32,000 nt of DNA from Formosa sp. Hel1_33_131 (GTDB lineage Bacteria; Bacteroidota; Bacteroidia; Flavobacteriales; Flavobacteriaceae). The translations under genes were made by a program, and so were the position numbers. Below are positions 9,836 through 20,199 of the stretch, in pieces. A model generated the notes under the pieces. It had not been told where the DNA came from, did no database searches, and saw only the letters and a list, made by a program, of their open reading frames with translations. How positions within the stretch are numbered: position 1 is the first letter of the stretch; each line of letters starts with the position of its first letter. The DNA lies in assembly GCF_001735745.1 (NCBI RefSeq), contig NZ_CP017260.1, positions 840,001 through 872,000 of the forward strand. The letters are read 5' to 3'.

Positions 9836-10777
9836 CTTCATAAATGGAAACCGAGACTCTAAGGCTTGCGCCTTCTTAGTTAAAGTTGATAAAAATAACT
9901 TATGCTCTGTTGCGGATGGGTTAAATGGTTTGTGAGCAAGACCTTTTTGTAGTTGATTCACGTCTTGCATTATGGGAGTTGCCTCCGCGTCTATCCAAAT
10001 GGATTGAAATTTTTTCCAAATATAATTGATGGCGATAGGATTCGGATGTACCATGTCTTCTTTGTAAAAGCGGTAATCTCGAAGCTCGTCCATTAGCAAC
10101 TCATAGGAAGGGAAGTAATGTGTATTTTTAGATGGGTTGATCACAGAATGAAGTGCCGCCATCAGATGAGCTTTACTTTGATTGTTTTCTACAAAACCGT
10201 CTTTGAGGTGTCGAACGGGAGAAATTGAAAACACTAATGACACATGAGGGTGAAACGATTTTAGTGTTGAAATAATAGATTCAAAAGTATCTTGAAGTTG
10301 ATCGACGCTTAAAATAGATTTTTTAAATTCTTTTTGAGGTTGTTTATGACAGTTTGCTACAGTGGTTTTTGACTCAATGTGTTCATAAATCCATGCTGTT
10401 CCAAAAGTTAGAATGACATGCGACGCACTTTTTAATTGGTTTTGAGTTAATTTCAAAGCCGTATTTAATCGCTCTAAAATTTCAGCTTGAGACGTTGAAT
10501 TCAATCGCGAATGCGCTCGAAAGCTTTGCCAACAGCCGTTACTAAAAAAAACATCGTTTTCAGTGTAAGGAGTATTTTGATGTGCCCTCGTAAGTAAATC
10601 TAAAATCGCAACAGGATGAAACAACACACCTAAGGGATTCACCTCATTTTGAAATTTATAATAGGAAAACTTCTCCGCTATATTTTCAGCGAAACAGGAT
10701 CCCAACAAAACCAATTTTGAATGGTAATCAATGGCGGATGCTTGTTTCTCTAGAGGGAGTTGCGTTTGAAGTTTCAC
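9830..10777 (-). CDS. GSCFA domain-containing protein
   Basis: Literal LLGSCFAENI motif near the N-terminus. 315 aa. Starts 9 nt downstream of the alaS stop, so probably co-transcribed. Confidence 0.8.
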   Translation of the reverse strand: MKLQTQLPLEKQASAIDYHSKLVLLGSCFAENIAEKFSYYKFQNEVNPLGVLFHPVAILDLLTRAHQNTPYTENDVFFSNGCWQSFRAHSRLNSTSQAEILERLNTALKLTQNQLKSASHVILTFGTAWIYEHIESKTTVANCHKQPQKEFKKSILSVDQLQDTFESIISTLKSFHPHVSLVFSISPVRHLKDGFVENNQSKAHLMAALHSVINPSKNTHYFPSYELLMDELRDYRFYKEDMVHPNPIAINYIWKKFQSIWIDAEATPIMQDVNQLQKGLAHKPFNPSATEHKLFLSTLTKKAQALESRFPFMKF

Positions 10778-10786
10778 CTGCTTAGA

Positions 10787-13399
10787 TTATAGGATGTAGG
10801 ATTTGGCTTTTTCTAAAGCCTCAGGAAGTCCCGCTGGGTTCTTTCCTCCTGCAGTTGCATAAAACGGTTGTCCGCCGCCGCCGCCTTGAATGTATTTTCC
10901 AAGTTCGCGCACAATGGTGCCTGCATTCAGCCCTTTAGACGTTACCAATCCTTTTGAAACATAACAAGACAACAAGGCTTTTCCTTGGTTTTCTGTACCA
11001 AAAATCAAGACGCAATTATCAAACTCCTGCCCTATTTCAAATGACAAATCTTTGATGCCTGTAGCGTCTAAATCTACCAATTTCGCTAAAAACTGAATCC
11101 CATTGATCGTTTCTATTTCATCTTTTAAATTTCCTTTCATAGACGCTGCCTTGTCTTTCAAAAGGGATTCAATTTGTTTTTTGAGTTTAGAATTTTCAGA
11201 TTTTAAATCGCCCAAAGATTTAACGGGATCACTCGAATTGTTAAGTGCTAATTTGATTTGATCAAAGCTTGCATTACTTCGAACATAAAATTCTTTTGCA
11301 GCATCATTAGTGATGGCTTCAATACGACGAATTCCAGAGGCTACAGCTCCTTCGGATTTGATTTTAAAATGCCATATATCTGCGGTATTTTTAACATGGG
11401 TTCCTCCACATAATTCGATCGAATTCCCAAAACGAATGGTGCGAACTACATCGCCATATTTTTCACCAAAAAGTGCCATGGCACCTTCGGAAACTGCTTG
11501 TTCCATTGGTACTGCACGACGTTCTTCTAAATCTAATTTTCCTTCAATTCGGGCATTCACAAAACTTTCAATATCTTTTAATTCCTCAGTCGTTATTTTT
11601 GCAAAATGAGAAAAATCAAATCGCAGATATTTCGAATGCACTGCCGATCCTTTTTGTTCCACATGTGTTCCTAAAACTTCTCTCAAAGCCTGGTGTAGTA
11701 AATGAGTTGCTGTATGGTTACATTCGGTACGGAATCGTTGATTTGTATCCACCACTGCCGTAAACGTATCTGTAAGGTTTTTAGGTAAATGCTTTGCGAT
11801 ATGAATGGCTACATTGTTTTCTTTCTTGGTATCAAGAATATAAACAACATCTCCGTTCGCGGCTTCTAAATAGCCTTTATCTCCAACCTGTCCACCACTT
11901 TCTGAGTAGAACGGCGTGAGATTAAATACTAACTGGTATTGTTCGCCATCTTTCACAGAGGTTACTTTTCTGTATTTTGTGAGTTTAACGGAGGTTTTTA
12001 ATACATCATAGCCTACAAATTCTTGTACATCATCGTCTAGGAGGACGGTCCAATCTTCCGTAGAAACTTCACTCGCTGCTCTGGAACGGGTTTTTTGTTT
12101 TTGAAGTTCTTCTTCAAAACCAACCGTATCCAAGGTCCTATTTTTTTCACTCAGAATCAGTGCAGTTAAATCTACAGGAAACCCATAAGTATCGTACAAT
12201 TCAAAGGCTTTATCGCCAGAAACATGCGCGCCTTTGGTGGTTTCTATAATACGGTCTAACAATACCAACCCTTGGTCAAGCGTTCTTAAAAAAGATGCTT
12301 CCTCTTCTTTAATCACGTTTTGTATTAATTGTTTTTGAGCCAAAAGTTCTGGGAAAACGGTTCCCATTTGTTTGGTTAATACGGAAACCAAACGGTACAT
12401 AAATGGCTCTTTAAGGTCCAAAAATGTAAACCCATAACGGACGGCACGTCTCAAGATTCTACGAATCACATAACCTGCTCCAGTATTGCTTGGTAATTGT
12501 CCATCTGCGATTGAAAAAGCAACTGCTCTGACATGGTCAGAAATCACACGAATGGCAATATCTTGTTTGAGTTGTTTTCCGTAATCATTTCCAGAAATGG
12601 TTTCAATCTCTCGAATAATAGGAGTAAAAACATCGGTGTCATAATTGGACGTTACATTTTGAAGCACCATACAAAGGCGTTCAAAACCCATCCCTGTATC
12701 GATATGTTTATGAGGCAACGGTTCTAAACTTCCGTTTGCTTTACGGTTAAATTCCATAAAAACGAGGTTCCAAATCTCTACCACTTGAGGATGGTCTTTA
12801 TTGATTAATTCTTGACCTGGAGTTTTCGCTTTTTCTTCTTTAGAACGAATGTCCACATGAATTTCGCTACAAGGTCCACAAGGCCCTTGTTCGCCCATTT
12901 CCCAAAAATTATCGTTTTTGTTTCCCATCAAAATACGATCCTCAGGAATCAATGCTTTCCATAAATCGTAGGCTTCAGAATCAAGCGTAGTGCCATCGTC
13001 TTTACTGCCTTCAAATACGGTCACGTACAGAATTTCTTTATCTATTTTATAGACCTCGGTCAATAATTCCCACGCCCATTCTATGGCTTCTTTTTTGAAA
13101 TAATCTCCAAAACTCCAGTTTCCTAACATTTCAAAAAGAGTGTGGTGGTAGGTGTCATACCCCACTTCTTCCAAATCATTGTGTTTTCCTGAAACTCTTA
13201 AACATTTTTGAGTGTCGGTAATTCGATTCTTTGGTGGAGTTCCTTGCCCGAGAAAAAATGCTTTGAATGGTGCCATCCCCGAATTGACAAATAACAGAGA
13301 AGGATCGTCTTTAACGACCATTGGTGCCGATTGTAAAACCTGGTGTTTTTTGGATTCAAAAAAGGCTAAAAATTGAGATCTTATATCTTGAGATTTCAT
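10787..13399 (-). CDS. alaS: alanine--tRNA ligase
   Basis: 870 aa. [18 protein letters not shown], the editing-domain HTATHLL...CGGTHV zinc site, and a C-terminal [14 protein letters not shown] (DHHA1) block. Confidence 0.97.
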   Translation of the reverse strand: MKSQDIRSQFLAFFESKKHQVLQSAPMVVKDDPSLLFVNSGMAPFKAFFLGQGTPPKNRITDTQKCLRVSGKHNDLEEVGYDTYHHTLFEMLGNWSFGDYFKKEAIEWAWELLTEVYKIDKEILYVTVFEGSKDDGTTLDSEAYDLWKALIPEDRILMGNKNDNFWEMGEQGPCGPCSEIHVDIRSKEEKAKTPGQELINKDHPQVVEIWNLVFMEFNRKANGSLEPLPHKHIDTGMGFERLCMVLQNVTSNYDTDVFTPIIREIETISGNDYGKQLKQDIAIRVISDHVRAVAFSIADGQLPSNTGAGYVIRRILRRAVRYGFTFLDLKEPFMYRLVSVLTKQMGTVFPELLAQKQLIQNVIKEEEASFLRTLDQGLVLLDRIIETTKGAHVSGDKAFELYDTYGFPVDLTALILSEKNRTLDTVGFEEELQKQKTRSRAASEVSTEDWTVLLDDDVQEFVGYDVLKTSVKLTKYRKVTSVKDGEQYQLVFNLTPFYSESGGQVGDKGYLEAANGDVVYILDTKKENNVAIHIAKHLPKNLTDTFTAVVDTNQRFRTECNHTATHLLHQALREVLGTHVEQKGSAVHSKYLRFDFSHFAKITTEELKDIESFVNARIEGKLDLEERRAVPMEQAVSEGAMALFGEKYGDVVRTIRFGNSIELCGGTHVKNTADIWHFKIKSEGAVASGIRRIEAITNDAAKEFYVRSNASFDQIKLALNNSSDPVKSLGDLKSENSKLKKQIESLLKDKAASMKGNLKDEIETINGIQFLAKLVDLDATGIKDLSFEIGQEFDNCVLIFGTENQGKALLSCYVSKGLVTSKGLNAGTIVRELGKYIQGGGGGQPFYATAGGKNPAGLPEALEKAKSYIL

Positions 13400-13451
13400 G
13401 CAAAAATGTTAAGCTTAGTGTAATAATTTGTTTTTAATTCGAAACAATTTA

Positions 13452-13459
13452 TATATTTG
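13452..13459 (+). promoter_or_regulatory. candidate Bacteroidota -7 promoter box (TAnnTTTG) upstream of the M23 peptidase operon
   Basis: TATATTTG matches the TAnnTTTG consensus, 69 nt upstream of the ATG at 13528. Sequence match only. Confidence 0.25.
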
Positions 13460-13527
13460 TTCAAAAGGTCTTCTTTATTTAATTTAAAGACGGTCTATTA
13501 TCCAACAAAAATAGAACTTTTTAGGCA

Positions 13528-14499
13528 ATGTCTAATGTAAAATATTATTACGATCCCGAAACGCTTACGTATCGTCAGATCATTCGAAAAAAAAGAACGA
13601 CTTTTAAGCGCTCAATAGTGTTTTTATTGGCGGCTAGTATTGTTGGTTTTTTATTCGTTTTAGTTGGGGCCCAATATTTTGAATCTCCGAGAGAAAAAGC
13701 GCTAAATAGAGAGTTTAAAAATCTAGATTTCCACTACAATCTTCTCAATAAAAAAATGGAAGAAGTGGAAGCTGTTTTAACAAATATTGAAGATAGGGAT
13801 AACGCCATTTACCGGCTTTATTTTGAAGCCAATCCCATTCCGGAAGCCCAACGCAAGCAAGGACTCGGTGGCGTTAACCGCTACAAAAAATACGATGGCT
13901 TCAATAATTCGGAGTTAATCATCGATGCAAACAAACGTATTGACATCCTTCAAAAACGAATCATTGTTCAGTCCAAATCCCTTGATGAGATCACAGAGTT
14001 GGCAAAAGATAAAGAAAGTTTTTTGGCTAAAATTCCTGCCATTCAACCGATCAAAAATGAAGACTTGACTCGCATGGCTTCTGGCTATGGGTATCGAAGT
14101 GATCCGTTTACAAAGGTGCGTAAATTTCATTATGGAATGGATTTTACGGCCCCACGAGGGACGCCTATCTATGCGACAGGTGATGGCGTGATTAAACGTG
14201 CAGACGGCCGCTCTTCTGGCTATGGGCGTCATATCCGAATTGATCATGGCTATGGGTATCTAAGTTTGTATGCACACCTTTATAAATACAATGTCAAAAG
14301 AGGTCAGAAAGTAAAACGAGGCGACCTGATTGGTTATGTGGGAAGTACGGGGCGCTCCCAAGCACCCCACTTGCATTATGAAGTTTTTAAGGATAAGAAA
14401 CGAATCAATCCTATTAATTTTTATTATGGAAATCTGAGTCCAGAAGAATTTAATACGTTACTGGCCATTGCATCGCTTGAAAATCAATCCTTAGATTAA
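13528..14499 (+). CDS. M23 (LytM-type) family peptidase with N-terminal membrane anchor
   Basis: HYGMDF (HxxxD) and APHLHYEV (HxH) zinc motifs. TM segment SIVFLLAASIVGFLFVLVGA. Confidence 0.85.
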   Translation: MSNVKYYYDPETLTYRQIIRKKRTTFKRSIVFLLAASIVGFLFVLVGAQYFESPREKALNREFKNLDFHYNLLNKKMEEVEAVLTNIEDRDNAIYRLYFEANPIPEAQRKQGLGGVNRYKKYDGFNNSELIIDANKRIDILQKRIIVQSKSLDEITELAKDKESFLAKIPAIQPIKNEDLTRMASGYGYRSDPFTKVRKFHYGMDFTAPRGTPIYATGDGVIKRADGRSSGYGRHIRIDHGYGYLSLYAHLYKYNVKRGQKVKRGDLIGYVGSTGRSQAPHLHYEVFKDKKRINPINFYYGNLSPEEFNTLLAIASLENQSLD

Positions 14500-14828
14500 T
14501 GCATTTAGACCTTCCTACAAAACGCTATTATAGTATTGGAGAAATTGCGAAAGCATTTGACGTGAATGCTTCTTTGATTCGGTTTTGGGATAAAGAGTTT
14601 GAGGCTCTTAAACCTAAAAAGAATGCGAAAGGCAACCGTCGGTTTACGCCGGAGGATGTTCAAAATTTGAAATTAATTTTCAATTTGGTGAAAGAACGTG
14701 GCTACACGCTTGAAGGTGCTAAAACGTATCTGAAAGAACAAGATCAAAAATCACTTGATAATTTTGAGATTATCACGAAATTAGAGCACGTGAAGAATGA
14801 ATTGCTAAAAATAAAAAATCAACTCTAA
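14499..14828 (+). CDS. MerR family transcriptional regulator
   Basis: N-terminal HTH YSIGEIAKAFDVNASLIRFWDKEF. The ATG overlaps the upstream TAA (TAATG). Confidence 0.8.
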   Translation: MHLDLPTKRYYSIGEIAKAFDVNASLIRFWDKEFEALKPKKNAKGNRRFTPEDVQNLKLIFNLVKERGYTLEGAKTYLKEQDQKSLDNFEIITKLEHVKNELLKIKNQL

Positions 14829-14841
14829 GAATCTACCTATT

Positions 14842-15441
14842 ATGAAAAAATGGTTCATCCCTTTAATAATTATTGCTTTAATCGTCTATGGAATTTATAA
14901 CCGGGCGGTTGGATTCAATAATACGGCCGTAGAATATGAAGCAACTGCAAAAACTGCCTGGTCTAACGTGGAAAGCTCTTACCAACGACGAAACGATTTG
15001 ATTGGAAACCTTGTTAAAACAGTTCAAGGTGCTGCCGATTTTGAAAGAAATACGCTTACAGAAGTTATCGAGGCACGTGCCAAAGCTACTTCTGTTACCA
15101 TTGATCCAACAAACATTACACCCGAAAATTTAGCAGCCTTTCAGCAAGCGCAAAGCGGACTTAGTGGAGCGTTGTCTAAGCTATTGGTGACTGTAGAACG
15201 CTATCCAGAATTGAAAGCGAATCAAAACTTTTTAGACTTACAAAATCAGTTGGAAGGGACGGAAAACAGAATTAATGTGGCCAGAGATCGGTTTAACGAA
15301 TCTGTAAACACCTATGATATTTTCACTAAAAAATTCCCCAACTCCGTCTTAGCCGGTTGGTTCGGGTTTGATGAAATGGCACGATACAAAGCGAATGCGG
15401 GTTCTGAAAATGCACCAGATATTGACTTCGATTTTAACTAA
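14842..15441 (+). CDS. lemA: LemA family protein
   Basis: N-terminal TM segment followed by the VERYPELKANQNFLDLQNQLEGTENRI block characteristic of LemA. Confidence 0.9.
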   Translation: MKKWFIPLIIIALIVYGIYNRAVGFNNTAVEYEATAKTAWSNVESSYQRRNDLIGNLVKTVQGAADFERNTLTEVIEARAKATSVTIDPTNITPENLAAFQQAQSGLSGALSKLLVTVERYPELKANQNFLDLQNQLEGTENRINVARDRFNESVNTYDIFTKKFPNSVLAGWFGFDEMARYKANAGSENAPDIDFDFN

Positions 15442-15887
15442 TGGCTGCTCTAGAAAATTTCTTAAGTACTGAGGAAGAAAATCAAATTGTCGAATCCATT
15501 CGCCAAGCAGAACAAAATACGTCTGGTGAGATTCGTGTGCACATCGAAAATAGCACTTCTTTATCTATTGAAGAACGTGCCAAAGAGGTGTTTCATCATT
15601 TAAAAATGGACCGCACCAAACTTCAAAATGGGGTTCTTATTTACATTGCGGTTGCGAATCATCAATTTGGGATTTTTGGAGATAAAGGTATCGATACAAA
15701 AGTAAATTCAACGTTTTGGGATGATACCCGAGATGTGATGGGTAATTTATTTAAAGACGGTCAATTTAAAGAGGGAATTGTACAAGGAATTCAGACGGCA
15801 AGTAAAGCACTTGAAGTTTACTTTCCTTGGGAATCAAACGATACTAATGAATTATCGGATTCAATTTCAAAAGGCTCAGATTTATGA
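15441..15887 (+). CDS. TPM domain-containing protein (cytoplasmic-type)
   Basis: 148 aa. SGEIRVHIE and NGVLIYIAVANHQFGIFGDKGI blocks. Start overlaps the lemA stop. Sits in the usual LemA-TPM-TPM gene order. Confidence 0.8.
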   Translation: MAALENFLSTEEENQIVESIRQAEQNTSGEIRVHIENSTSLSIEERAKEVFHHLKMDRTKLQNGVLIYIAVANHQFGIFGDKGIDTKVNSTFWDDTRDVMGNLFKDGQFKEGIVQGIQTASKALEVYFPWESNDTNELSDSISKGSDL

Positions 15888-16681
15888 ACATACGATTTCA
15901 AAAAAGCAGATCGCTAGTAGTGGTGGTACTGATGTTTATCTCAGTCCTAGCACATGCACAATATAGCATTCCCGCGAAACCTACGATTCAAACGAGTGTA
16001 TATGATTACAGCAACCTTTTAAGCGCGCAAGAAGCTTCTAATTTAGAGCAAAAGCTTATTCGTTATTCTGACAGTACTTCCACTCAAATTGTAGTGGCAA
16101 TTATAGATTCTACTGAAGGGGAATACATCAACTATCTGGCAACCAATTGGGCACAAGAATGGGGTATTGGAGATGCAAAAAAAGATAATGGCGTTTTTAT
16201 TTTATTAGCCAAAAACGATCGAAAAATAAATATCAGTACTGGTTACGGAGTGGAGCATTTGCTGACCGATAAAATGTGTAGCCGAGTCATTCAAGAATCT
16301 ATCATTCCTTTTTTTAAGAAAAACGATTACTATGGCGGCTTAGAGGCTGGGAGTTCACAGGTTTTTAAAGTCTTAACAGGTGAATTTAAATCAAGTCCTC
16401 AGGTGCGTCAAAAAGGAATTAAATTTGAAACTATTCTGTTTCTAATTTTCATCTTCTTTATCGTTATAATTATCTTATCAAAATCTAAAAAAAACAACGG
16501 CAACAACAGTGGCGGCAACCATCGAACAACCAGTCTCCTGGACGTCATCCTACTGAGTAGTTTGGGTCGTGGCAGTTTCAGTGGTGGCTCTAGTTCCGGC
16601 GGCAACTTTGGAAGTGGCGGTTTTGGCGGTGGCTTCGGCGGCGGCGGTTTCGGTGGTGGTGGTGCTTCAGGAGGTTGGTAA
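15884..16681 (+). CDS. TPM domain-containing protein (YgcG-like: signal peptide, TM segment and Gly-rich tail)
   Basis: Signal peptide ending AHAQ, STQIVVAII TPM core, a TM segment, and the C-terminal GGFGGGFGGGGFGGGGASGGW tail. 4-nt overlap with the previous gene. Confidence 0.8.
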   Translation: MNIRFQKSRSLVVVVLMFISVLAHAQYSIPAKPTIQTSVYDYSNLLSAQEASNLEQKLIRYSDSTSTQIVVAIIDSTEGEYINYLATNWAQEWGIGDAKKDNGVFILLAKNDRKINISTGYGVEHLLTDKMCSRVIQESIIPFFKKNDYYGGLEAGSSQVFKVLTGEFKSSPQVRQKGIKFETILFLIFIFFIVIIILSKSKKNNGNNSGGNHRTTSLLDVILLSSLGRGSFSGGSSSGGNFGSGGFGGGFGGGGFGGGGASGGW

Positions 16682-16683
16682 CC

Positions 16684-17988
16684 CTACTTCTTACGCATAT
16701 AGATTGTAATCGGCACGCCCTTAAAATCATACAAAGCTCTTAGTTTATTTTCTAAAAATCGTTTGTAAGGCTCCTTTACGTATTGTGGTAAATTACAGAA
16801 AAATGCAAATTGCGGCTGCGGCGTTGGCAGCTGCATAATGTATTTTATTTTCACAAATTTACCTTTCAATGCTGGTGGTGGATTGTTTTCGATAATAGGT
16901 AACAAATCATCATTCAGCACACTTGTTTTAAGACGCTTGGTACGGTTTTTATAGACTTCCAAAGCGGTTTCCATAGCTTTGTAAATACGCTGTTTTGAGA
17001 GCGCGGATATAAACACAATAGGCACATCTGTAAAAGGTTGTATTTGTTCTCGAATGTGTGTTTCAAATGCTTTGGTGGTTTTGGTATCTTTCTCAACTAA
17101 ATCCCATTTATTCACTAAAATTACAATTCCTTTATGGTTGCGTTGTGCGAGCCAAAAAATATTTTGAACTTGTCCATCAAACCCACGTTGGGCATCACAG
17201 ACCAATAGACATACATCCGCATGTTCAATGGCACGGACGGAGCGCATGACCGAATAAAATTCTAAATCTTCCTTCACCTTCGCTTTTCGACGAATTCCAG
17301 CCGTATCGACTAGGTTAAACTCAAACCCAAATCGGTTGTATTTTGTATCGATTGAATCACGAGTGGTTCCAGCAATATCGGTCACAATATAACGATCTTC
17401 ACCAATCAATGCATTGATAAAAGAAGATTTGCCCGCATTGGGACGTCCTACCACTGCAAAACGTGGTAAGGTGACTTCTTCTACTTCTTCTACTTCTGGC
17501 AAGGCTTTGACTAAGGCATCTAGCAAATCACCGGTACCACTTCCATTGATGCTAGCAATGGTAAAAAATTCTCCTAGTCCTAAGGCATAAAACTCAACTG
17601 CATCTTGCTCACGCATGGCGTTATCGACCTTATTGATGACTAAAAAAACTGGTTTTTTAACTTTTCTAAGCAATTTTGCAACATCTTCATCCATGCCAGT
17701 TACACCTGATTCTACATCGACCATAAAAATAATGGCATCTGCTTCTTCAATGGCTAACTCAACTTGTTTATCGATTTCGGCTTCAAATACATCGTCACTT
17801 CCAAGAACATATCCGCCCGTATCAATTAACGAAAATTCTTTCCCATTCCAATCACTCTTACCATAGTGACGGTCACGAGTGACACCACTTACGGCATCTA
17901 CAATGGCTTCTCGCCTTTGGATCAACCTATTAAAAAAGGTGGATTTCCCAACATTTGGACGTCCTACTATCGCTACAATATTGCTCAT
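16684..17988 (-). CDS. der: ribosome biogenesis GTPase Der (EngA)
   Basis: Two tandem G domains (GRPNVGKST and [10 protein letters not shown]-loops, each with DTGG/DTAG and NKVD/NKWD) plus a KH-like C-terminus. Start placed at the Met of [17 protein letters not shown]; the track start at 18009 adds 7 aa. Confidence 0.95.
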   Translation of the reverse strand: MSNIVAIVGRPNVGKSTFFNRLIQRREAIVDAVSGVTRDRHYGKSDWNGKEFSLIDTGGYVLGSDDVFEAEIDKQVELAIEEADAIIFMVDVESGVTGMDEDVAKLLRKVKKPVFLVINKVDNAMREQDAVEFYALGLGEFFTIASINGSGTGDLLDALVKALPEVEEVEEVTLPRFAVVGRPNAGKSSFINALIGEDRYIVTDIAGTTRDSIDTKYNRFGFEFNLVDTAGIRRKAKVKEDLEFYSVMRSVRAIEHADVCLLVCDAQRGFDGQVQNIFWLAQRNHKGIVILVNKWDLVEKDTKTTKAFETHIREQIQPFTDVPIVFISALSKQRIYKAMETALEVYKNRTKRLKTSVLNDDLLPIIENNPPPALKGKFVKIKYIMQLPTPQPQFAFFCNLPQYVKEPYKRFLENKLRALYDFKGVPITIYMRKK

Positions 17989-18104
17989 ATGCTTATAAAA
18001 TTGCTGCAAAAATAGGAAATATCCTTTTGGTAAGCTCTTTTTTATGGAAGTTTAAAAAATATATAAATACAATTTAATATCTTTCCAATTCCCTAAAATC
18101 CGTT

Positions 18105-18605
18105 ATGATGCAAATTAGTAACAAAATTGTCTTAAGACCGCGTTTTTCATTGGACCTCAACGCAGCAAAAAACCAAGTTTTAGAAGCGTTTGAAGAATCA
18201 AAAAAGAATCAAAATGCTATCAAAATAAACATCTTAGATGCCCATGTGTTTTTAAAAATTCATTCGGCAGAACAACACTTTTGGTCGCCCCAACTCCATT
18301 TAGAAGTTTTAGAAACCACCCAAACCTGCTGTACGGTCAAAGGTTTATTTGGCCCCAGCCCTACGGTTTGGACGCTGTTTATGTTTTTTCATTTTGTGAC
18401 GGGTAGTTTGTTTTTGGGCTTTGGAGTTTGGACGTATTCCAGCTGGTCATTGGGCACTCCTTTTATAGCTCCACTGCTTTTGATGTTTCTGATGGTGGTT
18501 GTGTGGATTTCCTTATACCTTAGCGGACGCCTCGGTAAACAAAAAGGACACACACAAATGCACGAATTACATGATTTTATGAGCACCGTTTTGAAAGCGT
18601 TATAA
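18105..18605 (+). CDS. hypothetical membrane protein (soluble N-terminal ~85 aa plus two C-terminal TM helices)
   Basis: ORF with two hydrophobic segments, WTLFMFFHFVTGSLFLGFGVW and FIAPLLLMFLMVVVWISLYL. No family recognised. Confidence 0.5.
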   Translation: MMQISNKIVLRPRFSLDLNAAKNQVLEAFEESKKNQNAIKINILDAHVFLKIHSAEQHFWSPQLHLEVLETTQTCCTVKGLFGPSPTVWTLFMFFHFVTGSLFLGFGVWTYSSWSLGTPFIAPLLLMFLMVVVWISLYLSGRLGKQKGHTQMHELHDFMSTVLKAL

Positions 18606-18625
18606 AAACCTTTATATTTGGCATT

Positions 18626-18705
18626 GATTTTGACCTCAAATCTAAATCTACATAACCAATTAAACTCTTAGTATAAGCTATTATTTATTGTAAATAACAT
18701 TGAAC
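18626..18705 (+). repeat. degenerate left-half copy (R0) of the island intergenic repeat
   Basis: GATTTTGA..AAACTCTTAGTATAAGCTAT..ACATTGAAC resembles the GATTTTGAAACTATTGTATAAGTTTATACATTGAAC of R4, with insertions. The similarity is weak. Confidence 0.3.
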
Positions 18706-18786
18706 TTTTGCCCGATGTCTTTCCTTTATTGGAGATAATCAGCAATTAACTTTCAATATAACCCGTTATATAGCACATTTAAACAA

Positions 18787-19428
18787 ATGACAACACAATT
18801 AGAAAACATTATAAGCTACATTGGAATTAGCTTGGGAGTACTTGGAGCAATCGGTGCATTGTTTTGGTTCATCAAAACAGTAACCTCTAAAAAAGTGAAA
18901 CTTTTTAATTTAGAAATTGAGAGAAATTTAGTTGATGAAGAAAACTATTCCGAAATCATTGACTCCATAAAAAAAGAGGGCAGCAAGAACATTAAACCTG
19001 GGGTTGAACAACTTGTTAAATACTATATACAAATTTCAGAGCAAACAAAAATTAGTTTTTGGTTTGGTATTATTTTTGCCTTTTTCGGATTCTCTATTTT
19101 ACTCATTATAATATTCTCTAATACATATATGAATCCCTCTAAAATTACTATTTTATTGATTTCTACTGCAATTATTGAAGGGGTTGCTATGTTGTTTTTT
19201 TCAAGGTCAAACAAAGCTCGAAAAGAAATGGGAACATTTTTTAGTAAGTTACGTAAAGACAGACAACAAGGTATTAGTAGGGAATTAGTAGAATCCATTG
19301 AGGGCTCAATACTTAAAGATACCTTAAAAATTCAACTCGCCTTATATTACTCGGGAATACAGAATGACACTTCTTCCATTAATGAAGCGATACAAAGTGC
19401 TATTAAAAAAACTTTAAAGAATAAATAA
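18787..19428 (+). CDS. 3-TM membrane protein; the C-terminal 2-TM module resembles TRADD-N-associated / SLATT-like conflict-system membrane domains (tentative)
   Basis: 213 aa. N-terminal TM helix, a charged linker, then YYIQISEQTKISFWFGIIFAFFGFSILLIIIF ... ILLISTAIIEGVAMLFFSRSNKARKEM. The pattern is recalled from that family and has not been searched. Confidence 0.55.
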   Translation: MTTQLENIISYIGISLGVLGAIGALFWFIKTVTSKKVKLFNLEIERNLVDEENYSEIIDSIKKEGSKNIKPGVEQLVKYYIQISEQTKISFWFGIIFAFFGFSILLIIIFSNTYMNPSKITILLISTAIIEGVAMLFFSRSNKARKEMGTFFSKLRKDRQQGISRELVESIEGSILKDTLKIQLALYYSGIQNDTSSINEAIQSAIKKTLKNK

Positions 19429-19440
19429 AATAGGAGTGAC

Positions 19441-19580
19441 TTTTTATAAGTACTGTCTTAAGAATGCAAATCGCTTAACTCATATTTTAGACCCCAAGTC
19501 GTAATCTTCACAAGCAATAGAACCGAACGAAAGTGATTTTTTATAGTTAAGGGGGCAATTACAAGTAGTGTGAATGCTGA
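19441..19580 (+). repeat. island intergenic repeat, copy R1 (near full length, diverged)
   Basis: Aligns to R4 at about 80 percent over ATTTTAGACCCC..AATCTTCA..AATAGAACCGAACGAAAGTGATT..AGTTAAGGGGGCA..ACAAGTAGTGTGAATGCTGA. Starts 13 nt after the stop at 19428 and ends 40 nt before the start at 19621. Confidence 0.75.
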
Positions 19581-19620
19581 TTTCTAATTTAGAAAAGTAA
19601 ATAGTAAAAATATAGCAAAC

Positions 19621-20163
19621 GTGAAAAAGGGATTAATTGTTTTTTTAATAGTGCCAGTGCTAATGGCTACCCAGTGTGAAGATGACATAGAATGCACTTC
19701 AGAAACACTTATAAAAACAAAACAAAACTTGCTTACTATTGAGAATTCACAAACTACTTATCAGGTTGGGGATGTACTGTGGATAAAATCCGATTTGGAT
19801 AGAAATATTAATTTCGACACTCCAAATGAAACTATTGACTTATTTGATTACAGCGAATTAATTTTCAAATTTAACTTTGACAGGATATCGATATATAATT
19901 CTGAAATGTATTTGTGTGTTAATGAAGATACGATTGAAATAGTAAAAGGCGAATTGTTGAATTGCAATCAATTTAGTTATGAAAGAAGTGATACAAATTT
20001 TCAATCAAATATTGGGATAAAACTTCTAGAGGCTGGCGAATATAGAATGAAAATCTCTGAAATCTCATCAAATGAACATTCCGACTGTAGTAAAGATGGT
20101 ATCGTAATACTGACTTCGTTCAGCAATAATGACAATGAATGGGTTACCTTTCTAGTGCAATAA
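19621..20163 (+). CDS. hypothetical secreted protein or lipoprotein
   Basis: GTG start. N-terminal signal-like MKKGLIVFLIVPVLMATQC. No family recognised. Confidence 0.5.
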   Translation: MKKGLIVFLIVPVLMATQCEDDIECTSETLIKTKQNLLTIENSQTTYQVGDVLWIKSDLDRNINFDTPNETIDLFDYSELIFKFNFDRISIYNSEMYLCVNEDTIEIVKGELLNCNQFSYERSDTNFQSNIGIKLLEAGEYRMKISEISSNEHSDCSKDGIVILTSFSNNDNEWVTFLVQ

Positions 20164-20199
20164 AAATAATTTTGAAAACAGAAAAACAAAATCAAACTT

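Noticed and set aside
11310-12727. Antisense ORFs within alaS (11310-11609, 11473-11763, 12533-12727)
   Set aside because: They lie opposite an unambiguous 870-aa alaS frame and have no motifs.
15778-15966. 62-aa ORF spanning the TPM/TPM gene junction
   Set aside because: It overlaps two well-supported coupled genes in a third frame.
16500-16681. GGC/GGT-rich tandem-looking DNA, considered as a simple repeat or array
   Set aside because: It encodes the Gly-rich C-terminal tail typical of YgcG-type TPM proteins, so it is low-complexity coding sequence. It has no spacer/repeat organisation.
17989-18009. Longer der start (MQQFYKH extension)
   Set aside because: Der P-loops normally begin within about 10 residues of the N-terminus, and the internal Met gives [17 protein letters not shown]. 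This remains uncertain, and either start is possible.
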